Source: a virus. From it: 64,000 bases of DNA. This document shows positions 9,528-19,219 of this stretch, piece by piece. The notes below the pieces were generated by a model, which saw only the letters and a list, made by a program, of their open reading frames with translations, made no database searches and had not been told where the DNA came from. The DNA is taken from IMG/VR virus record IMGVR_UViG_3300032294_002612, positions 102,537 through 166,536 of that record; one strand, given 5' to 3'. How positions within the stretch are numbered: position 1 is the first letter of the stretch; the number at the start of each line of letters is the position of its first letter. The position numbers and the translations under genes are program-made.

Positions 9528-10154
9528 TTATTGTTCTATTAAATATTTATAATTTTTATTTATAAAAAAAGAGTCTGATTCATCAGTATACCATATTTCA
9601 TAATTATTATTTTCCATCCATTCTCTGATTTCTTTTATATATGGATTAATATAATGATTATTATGTTCACTATAATGTGTTTCAATGGCAATAATCTTAG
9701 GCCTACTTTTTAAAAATTGTAACACAAAATATTCGCCTCCTTCTGTGTCAATAAATAGAACATCAATATTCTCTGGGTCAATCTCGTCAAACGTTATTGT
9801 TTTAACAGTATATTTATTATTTAATTCGTTATGGGACCAAAAAATGTCATATGGAGTTTTACCTCGAACTTCTTCAATAAAAGTTCCCGCCCCCTGATCA
9901 TAAATTGTTGTGAAACCACTTTTATTTGAAATTGCATATGGATATAAAACTACATTATTTTTATCTTTAATATGTAAATTAATATTTTCAATACATTTCG
10001 ATAAAGGCTCTACCAAAATAATCTGTTTATTATCATTAGCCTGTTCAGAAAAACGACAATAATTTTTACCATTTTCGTCCCAAAAATAAACACCAACTTC
10101 ACAAAAAATATTTAAAAGTTCTTGGTGTTTTGTATATAAATCTTTAAATATCAT
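9528..10154 (-). CDS. FkbM-family methyltransferase
   Basis: CEVGV, LVEP, YAIS, FIDTEGGE, IETH; paralog of 6767-7297. Confidence 0.85.
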   Translation of the reverse strand: MIFKDLYTKHQELLNIFCEVGVYFWDENGKNYCRFSEQANDNKQIILVEPLSKCIENINLHIKDKNNVVLYPYAISNKSGFTTIYDQGAGTFIEEVRGKTPYDIFWSHNELNNKYTVKTITFDEIDPENIDVLFIDTEGGEYFVLQFLKSRPKIIAIETHYSEHNNHYINPYIKEIREWMENNNYEIWYTDESDSFFINKNYKYLIEQ

Positions 10155-11097
10155 TTTTTATAATACTTTTTTCTAAGTTTATTTTATAATTTCTTTTTAT
10201 AGCTTGTGAATTAAAATCTTGTAAATATGGTGATAATATATACCCTTTTTCATCATTAAGAATTTTATTTGATAATTCGGCTATATAGTTACAATCCCAA
10301 TTTAATGGAAAACATGTTTCTGGAAACATAAGCCAACGAATCTGATGACTAGGAATAGAAGAAAATGGTTGTTGAGAATGTCTAGAAAATGTAAGTGTCG
10401 GTATAGCATATCCATACGCAATATATTTAAAACCACTATCTGTAGCAATCATCATAGACGCATTAGAAATTAATTTACAAACATCTTCTATAGATCCATT
10501 AAAAATTTCTACATTTGAATTATCTTTTATATCGTTATAAAAATGATTTGTATCTGGTGTTGAAACTATAATGCATTTATTTTCTTTCGACAATAGAGAA
10601 ATTAATTTTGTTAAATACCAATCTTCCAATCTATGCCCGACAGAAGTTGAAGACACTAAATGTAGAACAATATATTTACCTTTATTATTTTCTACAGTTA
10701 ACTCTGGTTTTGGAAAAAATTTGAAATACCGAATCCAGTCAAAATCATATTCAGTCCATTTTAAAGAATCAATATGTAAATCATAAAATTTATCATATTG
10801 TGTTTCCATTTCTTCTCTTATACTATCTGGTACATTTTCTAAGGCTCCATAGTAATTATCTAAACCAAATTGACAATCTACCCAAAATTTTCTATATTTT
10901 TTATTTGGAATAATTTTAATTTCTTTATAAGTGTTCGGGTATAGTATATCTAAAGCTTCTTTTTGAAAGGTTTTTCCTTCGCTATCAATATAAGCAGTTA
11001 TTTGTGCTTTTGGATATTTTTCTTTAATTGCAAATACAAAACGATTCGCACATAATACATCTCCCAGTCCACCCTCTAGCCGCACAGCTATATTCAT
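10144..11097 (-). CDS. GT9-like glycosyltransferase
   Basis: RLEGGLGDVL, KYPKAQI, IATDSGFKYIA. Confidence 0.8.
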   Translation of the reverse strand: MNIAVRLEGGLGDVLCANRFVFAIKEKYPKAQITAYIDSEGKTFQKEALDILYPNTYKEIKIIPNKKYRKFWVDCQFGLDNYYGALENVPDSIREEMETQYDKFYDLHIDSLKWTEYDFDWIRYFKFFPKPELTVENNKGKYIVLHLVSSTSVGHRLEDWYLTKLISLLSKENKCIIVSTPDTNHFYNDIKDNSNVEIFNGSIEDVCKLISNASMMIATDSGFKYIAYGYAIPTLTFSRHSQQPFSSIPSHQIRWLMFPETCFPLNWDCNYIAELSNKILNDEKGYILSPYLQDFNSQAIKRNYKINLEKSIIKNDI

Positions 11098-11456
11098 TTT
11101 TGACTATCTCCTTTTTCAATTCTATAACTATCAGAATCTTTATGCTGAGTTGAAAACTCGATAATTGAACTGTCTTCTATAGCTTGAATTTGATGTGGAA
11201 AAAATCTATTAATATCAACTATATCTCCGATATTAAGTTCTTCAGAATATTTATCTGCATTAGTTAAATCAAAATAACTGAGAATTAATTTACCTTTTAA
11301 TACGTAAAAGGTTTCTTTTTTTTCGACATGGAAATGCATAGAAAATTTAGATCCAGCATTAAACTCTAATATTTTTCCACAATATTCTTCATTATTAACA
11401 ATCCAAATTTCTTTTCCCCAAGACTTATTTACGATATTTTCTGGTAATCGTTTCAT
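11094..11456 (-). CDS. Cupin-fold protein (sugar isomerase-like)
   Basis: KSWGKE, SMHFH..KKETFYV, PH, IEFST. Confidence 0.85.
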   Translation of the reverse strand: MKRLPENIVNKSWGKEIWIVNNEEYCGKILEFNAGSKFSMHFHVEKKETFYVLKGKLILSYFDLTNADKYSEELNIGDIVDINRFFPHQIQAIEDSSIIEFSTQHKDSDSYRIEKGDSQK

Positions 11457-12547
11457 TTTGATAGAATACCTTTAAATTTATTAAAAAGATATAAACATAT
11501 TTCTTGATTTGTTTCAAGAAAAGTTCTCAATTGATCCATGCCTTGGATTTTTTCTGGTAAATCTTTATTGATGTCTTCTTTAATGTCTTTAATTAAACCA
11601 GCATCAAAAGCAATCCATGCACCACTTTTTTTAGCAAAGCCCCATTGAATTAACATGTCTGCGATTTCGTATTCCAACCATACGCTTTTACCATCACTTC
11701 TTCCATGTCTAATTGGGTAAGTAACTTCAACACCATCTTTTTCATTGGTAGTTTTACGTAAAAGAATTTTAGACCAGTGACCAATAATTTTATCACCCTC
11801 TAAAATTTGATCTGATTTATATCTAGGCTGAAATTCAAAAATCCAATCCGCATAATGTTGTAAAGCATTTCCGCCAGAACTATTCGTAAGTTTTGGATCG
11901 GTTTTAGCATATGGATTGATTTGAACATTAGAACGGACTTGAGAAATAAGTCCGCAAATATGCCCAAAAGTTGAAAGTGGTAACATAATTCTACGCAAAA
12001 AATTTGAAGTAAGAACTGCTCCAGCAGCTACTTTCGCACTATCCTCAAACCCCTTACTTAAATCATTTTTAGAAATAAGAGCGTCCATACTATCAATAAG
12101 AAAGTAATAACGAGTATTTTCTGGATTATTTTTAATAAGCTCTAGAATTAAAGTTGCTATATTTTCATATATATTTGAACGCAATACAAAGCATGTACCT
12201 TTATCCCAATTTTCTGGATCATCTACAAAATTAACCCCAGAGATTTTTTTAACATTGGAATTTAAACGACCTTCTGCTTTAACTAAAAAGCCTTTTGAAT
12301 TAGGAACAGTTTTAAGAAAATTGTTCATAATAAGTAATGCGGAACTTGTTTTTCCACCACCACTTACTCCAGTAAAACGAACAATCGCTGGAACTTCGAG
12401 TGAACCGCCAAGTTCCGAATCTAGAAGAAGAGAGCCAGTTGATACTTGAAAAACCTGTTCATCTTCAAAATTATAATGTGAATCTTTATTATCTTTAAGA
12501 TGTGAAGATAATATGCTTTTACCTGTTAATGCGTTTTCTTTTGCCAT
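11453..12547 (-). CDS. recA: RecA/UvsX-like recombinase
   Basis: STGSLLLD..LGG, Walker A GVSGGGKTS, IDSMDAL, ISQVR, SGGNAL, KSGAW. Confidence 0.9.
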   Translation of the reverse strand: MAKENALTGKSILSSHLKDNKDSHYNFEDEQVFQVSTGSLLLDSELGGSLEVPAIVRFTGVSGGGKTSSALLIMNNFLKTVPNSKGFLVKAEGRLNSNVKKISGVNFVDDPENWDKGTCFVLRSNIYENIATLILELIKNNPENTRYYFLIDSMDALISKNDLSKGFEDSAKVAAGAVLTSNFLRRIMLPLSTFGHICGLISQVRSNVQINPYAKTDPKLTNSSGGNALQHYADWIFEFQPRYKSDQILEGDKIIGHWSKILLRKTTNEKDGVEVTYPIRHGRSDGKSVWLEYEIADMLIQWGFAKKSGAWIAFDAGLIKDIKEDINKDLPEKIQGMDQLRTFLETNQEICLYLFNKFKGILSK

Positions 12548-12897
12548 AAATTTAGAAACTCTCTTAAGTTTAGAGCTTTATCTAAATCATATGTTTTTTT
12601 GTTTTCGAAAGCAATATTATTATTTTCTACTTCAAATTTTTTTATTTCAGGTAAATTAAGATTAAATTTTTTATACTCTTTATTAAGAAATTTTCTTCCA
12701 TCATCTGATAAAAGCCAGCACAAACTATTTAATTTAAAATTAAGTTCTAAACTTTCCCAAAAGTCTTGATTTGGAAAAATCTTTATTAAAAGATTGGCCA
12801 TTTTCATTTCTTTAGGCCAAATTATATTTGAGCCTTCTTTCAGAAGGCGCTTTATAAATTCTTTTTTATTTATGTTGGTATTCCGTGCAGCTTTCAC
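12526..12897 (-). CDS. Hypothetical protein
   Basis: Overlapping ORF in operon; start uncertain. Confidence 0.6.
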   Translation of the reverse strand: MKAARNTNINKKEFIKRLLKEGSNIIWPKEMKMANLLIKIFPNQDFWESLELNFKLNSLCWLLSDDGRKFLNKEYKKFNLNLPEIKKFEVENNNIAFENKKTYDLDKALNLREFLNLWQKKTH

Positions 12898-13051
12898 AAT
12901 CTGAAGGTTTTACATCCATTAGTTGTTTTTTATTACAAAAATAACCCTGAACTTCATAATTACCGCCTTGGCATGAACATCTTTTTATAGTTTTTGAAAC
13001 GACATCCGCAGAACGGAAAATGCAAGTTTTATGTTTTTCTTCACTATTCAT
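12866..13051 (-). CDS. Small Cys-rich hypothetical protein
   Basis: 61 aa, 6 Cys (CSC, CxxC); has its own promoter-like element. Confidence 0.65.
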   Translation of the reverse strand: MNSEEKHKTCIFRSADVVSKTIKRCSCQGGNYEVQGYFCNKKQLMDVKPSDCESCTEYQHK

Positions 13052-13057
13052 AACTAT

Positions 13058-13087
13058 ATTATATTACATTTTTATAATCATTGTCCA
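13058..13087 (-). promoter_or_regulatory. sigma70-like promoter, leaderless
   Basis: TGGACA-18nt-TATAAT-6nt-ATG(13051). Confidence 0.5.
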
Positions 13088-14114
13088 CCATTAATTTTAT
13101 TAATTCTTCAAAAGAAATATTTGGTTGCCAATTTAATTTTTCTTTAGCTTCTGAAGGGTTTCCAAGTAATAAATCTACTTCTGCTGGTCTATAAAATTGT
13201 TCATTAATTTTTACTAATATTTGATTATCATAATAAATTGAATTAATTGTCCTTTTAAGGATAAATTTTTCTTCTAAATCTTGTCCAGACCATTCTCCAA
13301 AAATACCAGCAGCGTTAAAAGCTTTTTCTATAAATTCTTTGACAGTATGCGTTTCCCCAGAAGCAAGAAGATATTCTTTTGGTTCTTTTTGATTTAGCAT
13401 TTGCCAAATACCTTTAACAAAATCTTTTGCATGACTCCAATCCCTTTTTGCATAAATATTTCCTAACTCTAGGGGCTTAATTTCATGATTTTTTTCTATT
13501 GCTTTTTTAATTTTAGCAATTTCTTTTGTAATTTTTCTTGTAACAAATTCTTCTCCACGTCTTTCACTTTCATGGTTATATAATAAACCTTGAATAGCAT
13601 AAAGATTATAACTTTCTCTATATACTTTAACAATATGTCTAGCAGCCGCTTTTGCTGCACCATATGGACTTCTTGGTTTTAAAGGGTGTTTTTCGTCTTG
13701 TGGGCTATAATCTACATTACCAAGTTCCTCTGAAGACCCAGCATTATAAAAGCGGCAATTCGGAGCATGTTTTCGAATCGCCTCTAAACATCGAATAACT
13801 CCAATAGCATCAATATCAAAAGTTTGTTCTGGGATTTGCCAAGATGCCCCAACAAAACTTTGCGCAGCTAGATTGATAAAATAATCTGGTTTTACGTCTC
13901 TTACGATATTATCTATTGATTGCGAATCTGTTAAATCCCCCGTAATTAATTTAAATCTAGAATTATTTAATAAATGTTTAATATTATGATGATTATTAGT
14001 AGAAGCTCGGCGTACCATCCCAAAAATTTCATAATTAGGATCTTCTAGCAATAAATCGGCCATATAGCTACCATCTTGTCCGGTAACACCTGTTATTATA
14101 ACTTTTTTAGGCAT
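13059..14114 (-). CDS. gmd: GDP-mannose 4,6-dehydratase
   Basis: ITGVTGQDGSY, NLAAQSFV, PRSPYGAAK, NHES.RRG..FVTRKI, RDW, RPAEVD; likely start MPKKV at 14114. Confidence 0.95.
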   Translation of the reverse strand: MPKKVIITGVTGQDGSYMADLLLEDPNYEIFGMVRRASTNNHHNIKHLLNNSRFKLITGDLTDSQSIDNIVRDVKPDYFINLAAQSFVGASWQIPEQTFDIDAIGVIRCLEAIRKHAPNCRFYNAGSSEELGNVDYSPQDEKHPLKPRSPYGAAKAAARHIVKVYRESYNLYAIQGLLYNHESERRGEEFVTRKITKEIAKIKKAIEKNHEIKPLELGNIYAKRDWSHAKDFVKGIWQMLNQKEPKEYLLASGETHTVKEFIEKAFNAAGIFGEWSGQDLEEKFILKRTINSIYYDNQILVKINEQFYRPAEVDLLLGNPSEAKEKLNWQPNISFEELIKLMVDNDYKNVI

Positions 14115-14538
14115 ATTCTTCATCGTCGTCTTCATTATCTGTTGGCTCATATTTTTGTTGACTATCTAAAGTTTTAAGGTAAAATTGTTCTATTTGATTT
14201 ATTATGTTATTATATTTTTCTTGATATATTTCAGTACTTTCTGTTATTTCGTCTTTATTTTGAAGAGCTGAGTAAAATACATTTTTAGGGGAATTTAATA
14301 TATCATTAATTATTTTTAAATCTGAACTTGCTATATTTTGATTAGCAAATTTTTTCCATGTTTTTATAAATTCTTGATGAACATGCTTGTCTTTAAAATC
14401 ATTTTCTTCATTTATATGGTTAGCAATATAATTAAAACAAAAAAATAACATTGACAATTGAAGATTTTGCATAAATTTAGTCTCCAATGTTTGATCCATT
14501 GAATCCCGTAGATTTTTATGCAAATCTTTGTTTTTCAT
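14107..14538 (-). CDS. Hypothetical protein with acidic C-terminus
   Basis: 143-aa coupled ORF. Confidence 0.7.
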   Translation of the reverse strand: MKNKDLHKNLRDSMDQTLETKFMQNLQLSMLFFCFNYIANHINEENDFKDKHVHQEFIKTWKKFANQNIASSDLKIINDILNSPKNVFYSALQNKDEITESTEIYQEKYNNIINQIEQFYLKTLDSQQKYEPTDNEDDDEEYA

Positions 14539-16517
14539 TATTTGATTGGACAGGCGCCGCCTTCACATTCAATACCATCCAAAGCATCACTCCCAATATT
14601 TTGGTTTAAAATAGTAATTGGTTTTACTTTAGACTTTTTGTTTTCATATGCTTCTTTTGTAATTTCTTCATAAGGAGCTTGCTTAAAACCGTGCTTTTGT
14701 CTTAACAAGAAGCTAACAGATTTAATTCCATTTTCGTAGTTTTCAGAAAGCCACTTTTTAAGATCCCCAAGTTCTGAATCGCTATAATAAGCAGTAACGC
14801 TAACCGCATTATCAGACCAAACTTCTTGAAGTTTTTTTACCATTTCGAGTTGTTTGATTACGCCCATGTCATCTGCAAATAATGCACCATCTGGCGTTTC
14901 ACATGGAAATTCAACTACAACAGTATCATGGTTTTCAGATCCATCAAAATTAACCACATATTCAACATTATAACCTAAATCTCTACAATAGCTTACTAAA
15001 GCATCATTGCTTGCCATTCTCACTCTCCGAATATAATATTTAGAATAAGCTGGGTGTACTCCTGGCGTAGATCCACCTAAAAGACTTAATGTACCGCTAG
15101 GCTTAATTGTTGTTAATTTAATACTACGATTCCATCCGCGCTCTTTACTCCATTCTTTATCAAATTTACGAAGTTCTTTGTAACAAGCATCTAGCCATTC
15201 GACTTTATCAAGAGATTGACAAATACCAGTAACGCCTAATCCAAGACGCATATTTTTATGTACAATACGATTTGTTTCTTCATGAATAAAAGATAGTGCG
15301 GCAATAGCTTTCTGAGTTTTATACAAAAGTTTAGCACAAAGATTTAATTCTTCTTTCGAAGTTATATTATTTAAATATAATTCAGAAAGGTTACAGCACT
15401 CATAAGAAGCAAGGCTAATCTCTCCGCATGGATTTGTTCCAACAACATTATCTTCATCAGTTGGGTAAAGATTACTGTCTTTCATTGGCCCGTCTTTAAG
15501 TCTTCCATATTTTTGAGAAAGTGGAAGATTAAAAAATCCGTAGGGTTCGCCTTTTGCAAAACCAGTTTGAGAGTCTAACACATAACCATTACTCCATATC
15601 TCATTTGAGATATGAGAAAAATCATCCGCATAAATTGTGTTATTGGACATGGCACGCCAATTAGGTATATTACCAAGCGACCAGTTTTTAGCACGAAGAA
15701 AAAGATAATCATCTGGATCTCCAATCGCAATTTGTGCGCTGCGACGAACATTTCCAGAAACTACAATACCGCCAATAATATTACAAATATCGAGAACATC
15801 AATAGAACGAAGTTTTTTACCTTCTCTAGTTTGGAAAATTTTATTAATTTTTTCAATACCATCCAACAAAATTTGAGGCCCACTAGCTATGCCACCAAAA
15901 CCACCAATTCGTTCACCAGCGCCACGAATAAGAATTGTCGAATAATTAAATGATTTACCATTATTAAAAAAGGCTTCAAGAACTTTTTCTAAAAGATGAA
16001 TCCAGCCTTCACGGCTATCAGGTACGATAAAATCCGCATCTTTAGTATTTTTATGCGATATGTTCACACCTTTTTTAATACGAGGTAATTCATGAATATC
16101 TTCACGACGAATAGAAAAACCCACACCACCACCAAGCATTAAATTTTCAAAAAGAAATAGAAACGACTTAATGCTATTCATTGAAACGTTCCAACAATTT
16201 AAAAGTGAGTTTGCTCCAAAACGGTCAACAGTTGGAGTTCCTAGTTGCCAAAGCATTCTTCCTGCAAAGTTACATTTAAGATTAAATATAAGATCAAAAA
16301 GCTGTTCAGCTTCTTCTTGAGTATAATTTGCGCCAATTTTTTGCGCGCCATTTATACAACGACGAATTGTTTCATGCCATTCTTCTGTTTTACCATCATC
16401 TTTTAAACGAGCATATGTTCTTTTATAAACAATATAACCTAGACCGTTAAATCCCCAATTTGGTTGTTTGGTTGCGTATTTGTTGGCAAACTTTTCTGAA
16501 ATAATTTCTGTGCTCAT
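14538..16517 (-). CDS. nrdJ: Class II (adenosylcobalamin-dependent) ribonucleotide reductase
   Basis: YKRTYAR, GRMLW, NCW, GNVRRSA, NPCGEI, TTIKPSGT, C-terminal CEGGACP; likely start MSTEII at 16517 given the promoter position. Confidence 0.93.
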   Translation of the reverse strand: MSTEIISEKFANKYATKQPNWGFNGLGYIVYKRTYARLKDDGKTEEWHETIRRCINGAQKIGANYTQEEAEQLFDLIFNLKCNFAGRMLWQLGTPTVDRFGANSLLNCWNVSMNSIKSFLFLFENLMLGGGVGFSIRREDIHELPRIKKGVNISHKNTKDADFIVPDSREGWIHLLEKVLEAFFNNGKSFNYSTILIRGAGERIGGFGGIASGPQILLDGIEKINKIFQTREGKKLRSIDVLDICNIIGGIVVSGNVRRSAQIAIGDPDDYLFLRAKNWSLGNIPNWRAMSNNTIYADDFSHISNEIWSNGYVLDSQTGFAKGEPYGFFNLPLSQKYGRLKDGPMKDSNLYPTDEDNVVGTNPCGEISLASYECCNLSELYLNNITSKEELNLCAKLLYKTQKAIAALSFIHEETNRIVHKNMRLGLGVTGICQSLDKVEWLDACYKELRKFDKEWSKERGWNRSIKLTTIKPSGTLSLLGGSTPGVHPAYSKYYIRRVRMASNDALVSYCRDLGYNVEYVVNFDGSENHDTVVVEFPCETPDGALFADDMGVIKQLEMVKKLQEVWSDNAVSVTAYYSDSELGDLKKWLSENYENGIKSVSFLLRQKHGFKQAPYEEITKEAYENKKSKVKPITILNQNIGSDALDGIECEGGACPIK

Positions 16518-16526
16518 TGTTTCTAA

Positions 16527-16555
16527 ATTATACATCAATATGATTAATGATGCAA
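16527..16555 (-). promoter_or_regulatory. sigma70-like promoter
   Basis: TTGCAT-17nt-TATAAT-9nt-ATG(16517). Confidence 0.55.
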
Positions 16556-16585
16556 AAAAATAAAAATTATCAAAATATAAAAAAC

Positions 16586-16924
16586 TTATTGAATTACTTT
16601 TGGTGTATGATTTAAATTTCTTTTTTCCTTCCAGTCTTTAACATATCCTTTCTTAACTGGGTCATTTTTTGTACCACCACGTTTTTCACTCAATTCTTTA
16701 GATAAATCCATCATTTCTCCGAAAGTCCCCGCTTTATTAGTTTTATCCATAAATGCCCGTTTAGAATATGGGTCTATATTCGTATCAATACTTGCTTGTG
16801 GGACCGTAAATTCTCGATTCCATTTAATACCGTTTTCATCAATAAATATTTTTTCATCATTCATATGAAAAAATATATCTTGAATTTCTTCTGTATCTGG
16901 ATGACTAAATGTATAATAAGGCAT
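16586..16924 (-). CDS. FmdB-like small protein lacking the zinc-ribbon cysteines
   Basis: MPYYTF..P.T.E..DIF..M N-terminus resembles MPxYxYxC FmdB proteins. Confidence 0.55.
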   Translation of the reverse strand: MPYYTFSHPDTEEIQDIFFHMNDEKIFIDENGIKWNREFTVPQASIDTNIDPYSKRAFMDKTNKAGTFGEMMDLSKELSEKRGGTKNDPVKKGYVKDWKEKRNLNHTPKVIQ

Positions 16925-16929
16925 ATACC

Positions 16930-17070
16930 TTATTTTATAGATTTTTTATTATTTTTTCTAATTTGATATGCCCTAGGAGACATTCTACGTAATTCACCGT
17001 TTGGCATACGCATATATTCTGTACCATCTTTAAATTTAATTTTTTCACCAATATTTGTAGTCGTTTCCAT
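16930..17070 (-). CDS. Small hypothetical protein (46 aa, not in the ORF track)
   Basis: METTTNIGEKIKFKDGTEYMRMPNGELRRMSPRAYQIRKNNKKSIK*; exactly fills the gap between neighbouring genes. Confidence 0.65.
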   Translation of the reverse strand: METTTNIGEKIKFKDGTEYMRMPNGELRRMSPRAYQIRKNNKKSIK

Positions 17071-17071
17071 A

Positions 17072-18160
17072 TTAAATATTTTTCATTATATCTAAAATAG
17101 AATCCACCATTTTAGAATATGTAAACTGTTCTTGTAATTTTAAGCCTTCTGTATTAATTGGACTATTTTTATAGCGAGATTCTACTAGGTCTAGACCTTG
17201 TAAAAATTCTTCTTCGCTCCAGTCAAAAATATTCCCTTGGTTAAACTCCATCCCCTGTTTGAAAAAGATATTATCATAACATGGAATTTTTCCATTTGGA
17301 GAAATTAAAACTGTATTTTTTTCATTCATCCAATCTTTATAAGCATGGGCATTCAAACCAATACAATGTTTTCCCAAAGCAACTGATTGAAATTCAGGTA
17401 ACCCCCACCCCTCACCACCACTCATAGCTAAAACAATATCTGTATTATTTAATAAATCATTATAAGCTTCATTAGATGGCATGTAATTTAAAAAATTAAT
17501 ATTAAAATAATTTTGGCCATTTAAAGCTTGTTGAATAATTTGTGTTTGAATATTTGGGTCAAGAAAATGATTAAATATTGCACAATTTAAAGTATAGTTT
17601 GGATTATTACCATACTTTTTCGCCCAAAGCGCAAGTGTTTTTAGATGCCTTTTTCTTTGCGGCTCTAATTTTCCAAAAAGACCAAATTGAATTCCAGTTG
17701 TATTTCTTTTCTGAGTCTTTTTAAAATGAGTATTATCAAAAGCTAAAGGCAAATAATCTACATTATTAATGCCCAAAGATTTAAAAATTGATACAGAGTA
17801 ATTACTAGAAAACAAAACTTTTTCATTATTTTTTATGAAATTAATTTCTGTAGCCGTAGGAGAATCAACTTCATAAAAAGATAATAGAACTTGTTTATTA
17901 GAAAAGCTTTCTAAGCTACCATTAATATGCCATAATTTAAATATAGGAGTATTTTTGTTATGATCTTTTCCAGCAGAATTTATCGAATTCTGAAGCCATT
18001 GAAAAAAATCTTGATCTTGATTTTGAGAACTAAGATCTGCCCCTCCAATAGGAAATAGATTAATTTGTACTTTTTTAGTATAAAGTTCTCTTAAAATTGA
18101 AAGAGAGACTTGTCCTAAAGAAGTAGAATTTAATGGTAAATTAAAAGCTAATTTAGACAC
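17072..18160 (-). CDS. GT4-family (GT-B) glycosyltransferase
   Basis: GKLEPQRKRH, SGGEGWGLPEFQSVALGK. Confidence 0.85.
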   Translation of the reverse strand: MSKLAFNLPLNSTSLGQVSLSILRELYTKKVQINLFPIGGADLSSQNQDQDFFQWLQNSINSAGKDHNKNTPIFKLWHINGSLESFSNKQVLLSFYEVDSPTATEINFIKNNEKVLFSSNYSVSIFKSLGINNVDYLPLAFDNTHFKKTQKRNTTGIQFGLFGKLEPQRKRHLKTLALWAKKYGNNPNYTLNCAIFNHFLDPNIQTQIIQQALNGQNYFNINFLNYMPSNEAYNDLLNNTDIVLAMSGGEGWGLPEFQSVALGKHCIGLNAHAYKDWMNEKNTVLISPNGKIPCYDNIFFKQGMEFNQGNIFDWSEEEFLQGLDLVESRYKNSPINTEGLKLQEQFTYSKMVDSILDIMKNI

Positions 18161-18163
18161 AGA

Positions 18164-18472
18164 TTAGAATGGAATTTCTTCAGATTTTACAGTTTCTTTT
18201 TTTACTGGAGTTTTTGTAACTTTTGTTTCTACATCTGTAGAAGATGTAGCAACCCCTTTTGCAGATCCATTCGCAGGCCCATTATCAAAATAAATACGAT
18301 AATCAGGTTGATTTGATCCTTCAGTTTTATATTTATTTTTGAACACTATTACGCTAATTTCTTCTCCAGACTTAGATTTAATTTTTCCGGTAAGAAATTG
18401 ATTTCCGGTTTTAGAAGACTTGATCCAAAAGGCTCCAGCTTCTTCGAGTTTAGGTTTATCGTTGTTATCCAT
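18164..18472 (-). CDS. DUF736-like protein, candidate ssDNA-binding protein
   Basis: GAFW.K.S..G..FLTG.I, NQPDYRI; SSB-type C-terminal tail EEIPF; likely start at 18472. Confidence 0.65.
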   Translation of the reverse strand: MDNNDKPKLEEAGAFWIKSSKTGNQFLTGKIKSKSGEEISVIVFKNKYKTEGSNQPDYRIYFDNGPANGSAKGVATSSTDVETKVTKTPVKKETVKSEEIPF

Positions 18473-18477
18473 AATCT

Positions 18478-19062
18478 TCATATATTAGAAAATATTGATT
18501 TATTTGTCAATTTTTTTTTCGCAAAGTTAATAAATTTATTATGCCAATTCAATACCGTTTGAGGGGTAACTTTAAGAATTTCAGCAATTTCTGAATAATT
18601 TAGAATACGCTCTTTATTATGAAAATAACGATAATAAATAGCATTTTTTGTATTAGGATCTGAAATTTCATTAAATAAATCTATAATTGTATGAACTAAT
18701 TCTTTTTGATTATTTTCATTATCTTTTCGTGAATTGTTTACGAAAAATTCTAAATGTTGATCTTCAATAGGTACAAGCCTAGAATTTTTATTTTTAAAAT
18801 TTAAACAAAAGAATCTTATTTGATTTCCCAACCACGTTGAAAATTTACTACCCTTTTCCGAATTATATGATTTAGCGGCATTAAATATTATCCAATATCT
18901 ATTATCATTTAATTCATTAATATCTAAATTACAAGAACTACAATACTTTTTACCGATATTAAAAATCATTCCACTATGACGATCAACTAATTCTTTTAAA
19001 CTGTCATTGCACTGATTGTTAATCACTTTTTTTATTAATGTTTCATCTTTTAAACGACTCAT
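18478..19062 (-). CDS. Phage sigma70-family RNA polymerase sigma factor
   Basis: Region 2 (L..RHSGMI..A..YNSEKGSKFSTWL..QIR) and region 4 HTH (YSEIAEILKVTPQTV). Confidence 0.85.
   Translation of the reverse strand: MSRLKDETLIKKVINNQCNDSLKELVDRHSGMIFNIGKKYCSSCNLDINELNDNRYWIIFNAAKSYNSEKGSKFSTWLGNQIRFFCLNFKNKNSRLVPIEDQHLEFFVNNSRKDNENNQKELVHTIIDLFNEISDPNTKNAIYYRYFHNKERILNYSEIAEILKVTPQTVLNWHNKFINFAKKKLTNKSIFSNI
18482..18510 (-). promoter_or_regulatory. sigma70-like promoter
   Basis: TTGACA-17nt-TAATAT-9nt-ATG(18472). Confidence 0.6.
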
Positions 19063-19068
19063 TTTTTT

Positions 19069-19097
19069 ATGCTACTAAAAATTAATTTAGAAGTCAA
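19069..19097 (-). promoter_or_regulatory. sigma70-like promoter, leaderless, for the sigma factor gene
   Basis: TTGACT-17nt-TAGCAT-6nt-ATG(19062). Confidence 0.6.
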
Positions 19098-19104
19098 ATT
19101 AAAT

Positions 19105-19132
19105 TTGATTTTTTTAAAAAGATTAATATAAT
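19105..19132 (+). promoter_or_regulatory. Divergent sigma70-like promoter
   Basis: TTGATT-16nt-TATAAT, back-to-back with the leftward promoter. Confidence 0.45.
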
Positions 19133-19133
19133 T

Positions 19134-19181
19134 TTTGTGAGCAAAGCGAACAAATCGAAGCCGAACGAAGTGAGGTTTCGA
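19134..19181 (+). repeat. Two adjacent hairpins with tandem GA mismatches and 3-nt loops
   Basis: TTTGT-GA-GC-AAA-GC-GA-ACAAA and TCGAAGCC-GA-AC-GAA-GT-GA-GGTTTCGA. Confidence 0.75.
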
Positions 19182-19219
19182 AATAGAAATGTTCCTTTAT
19201 CTTAATTTTTTTTATAGTT

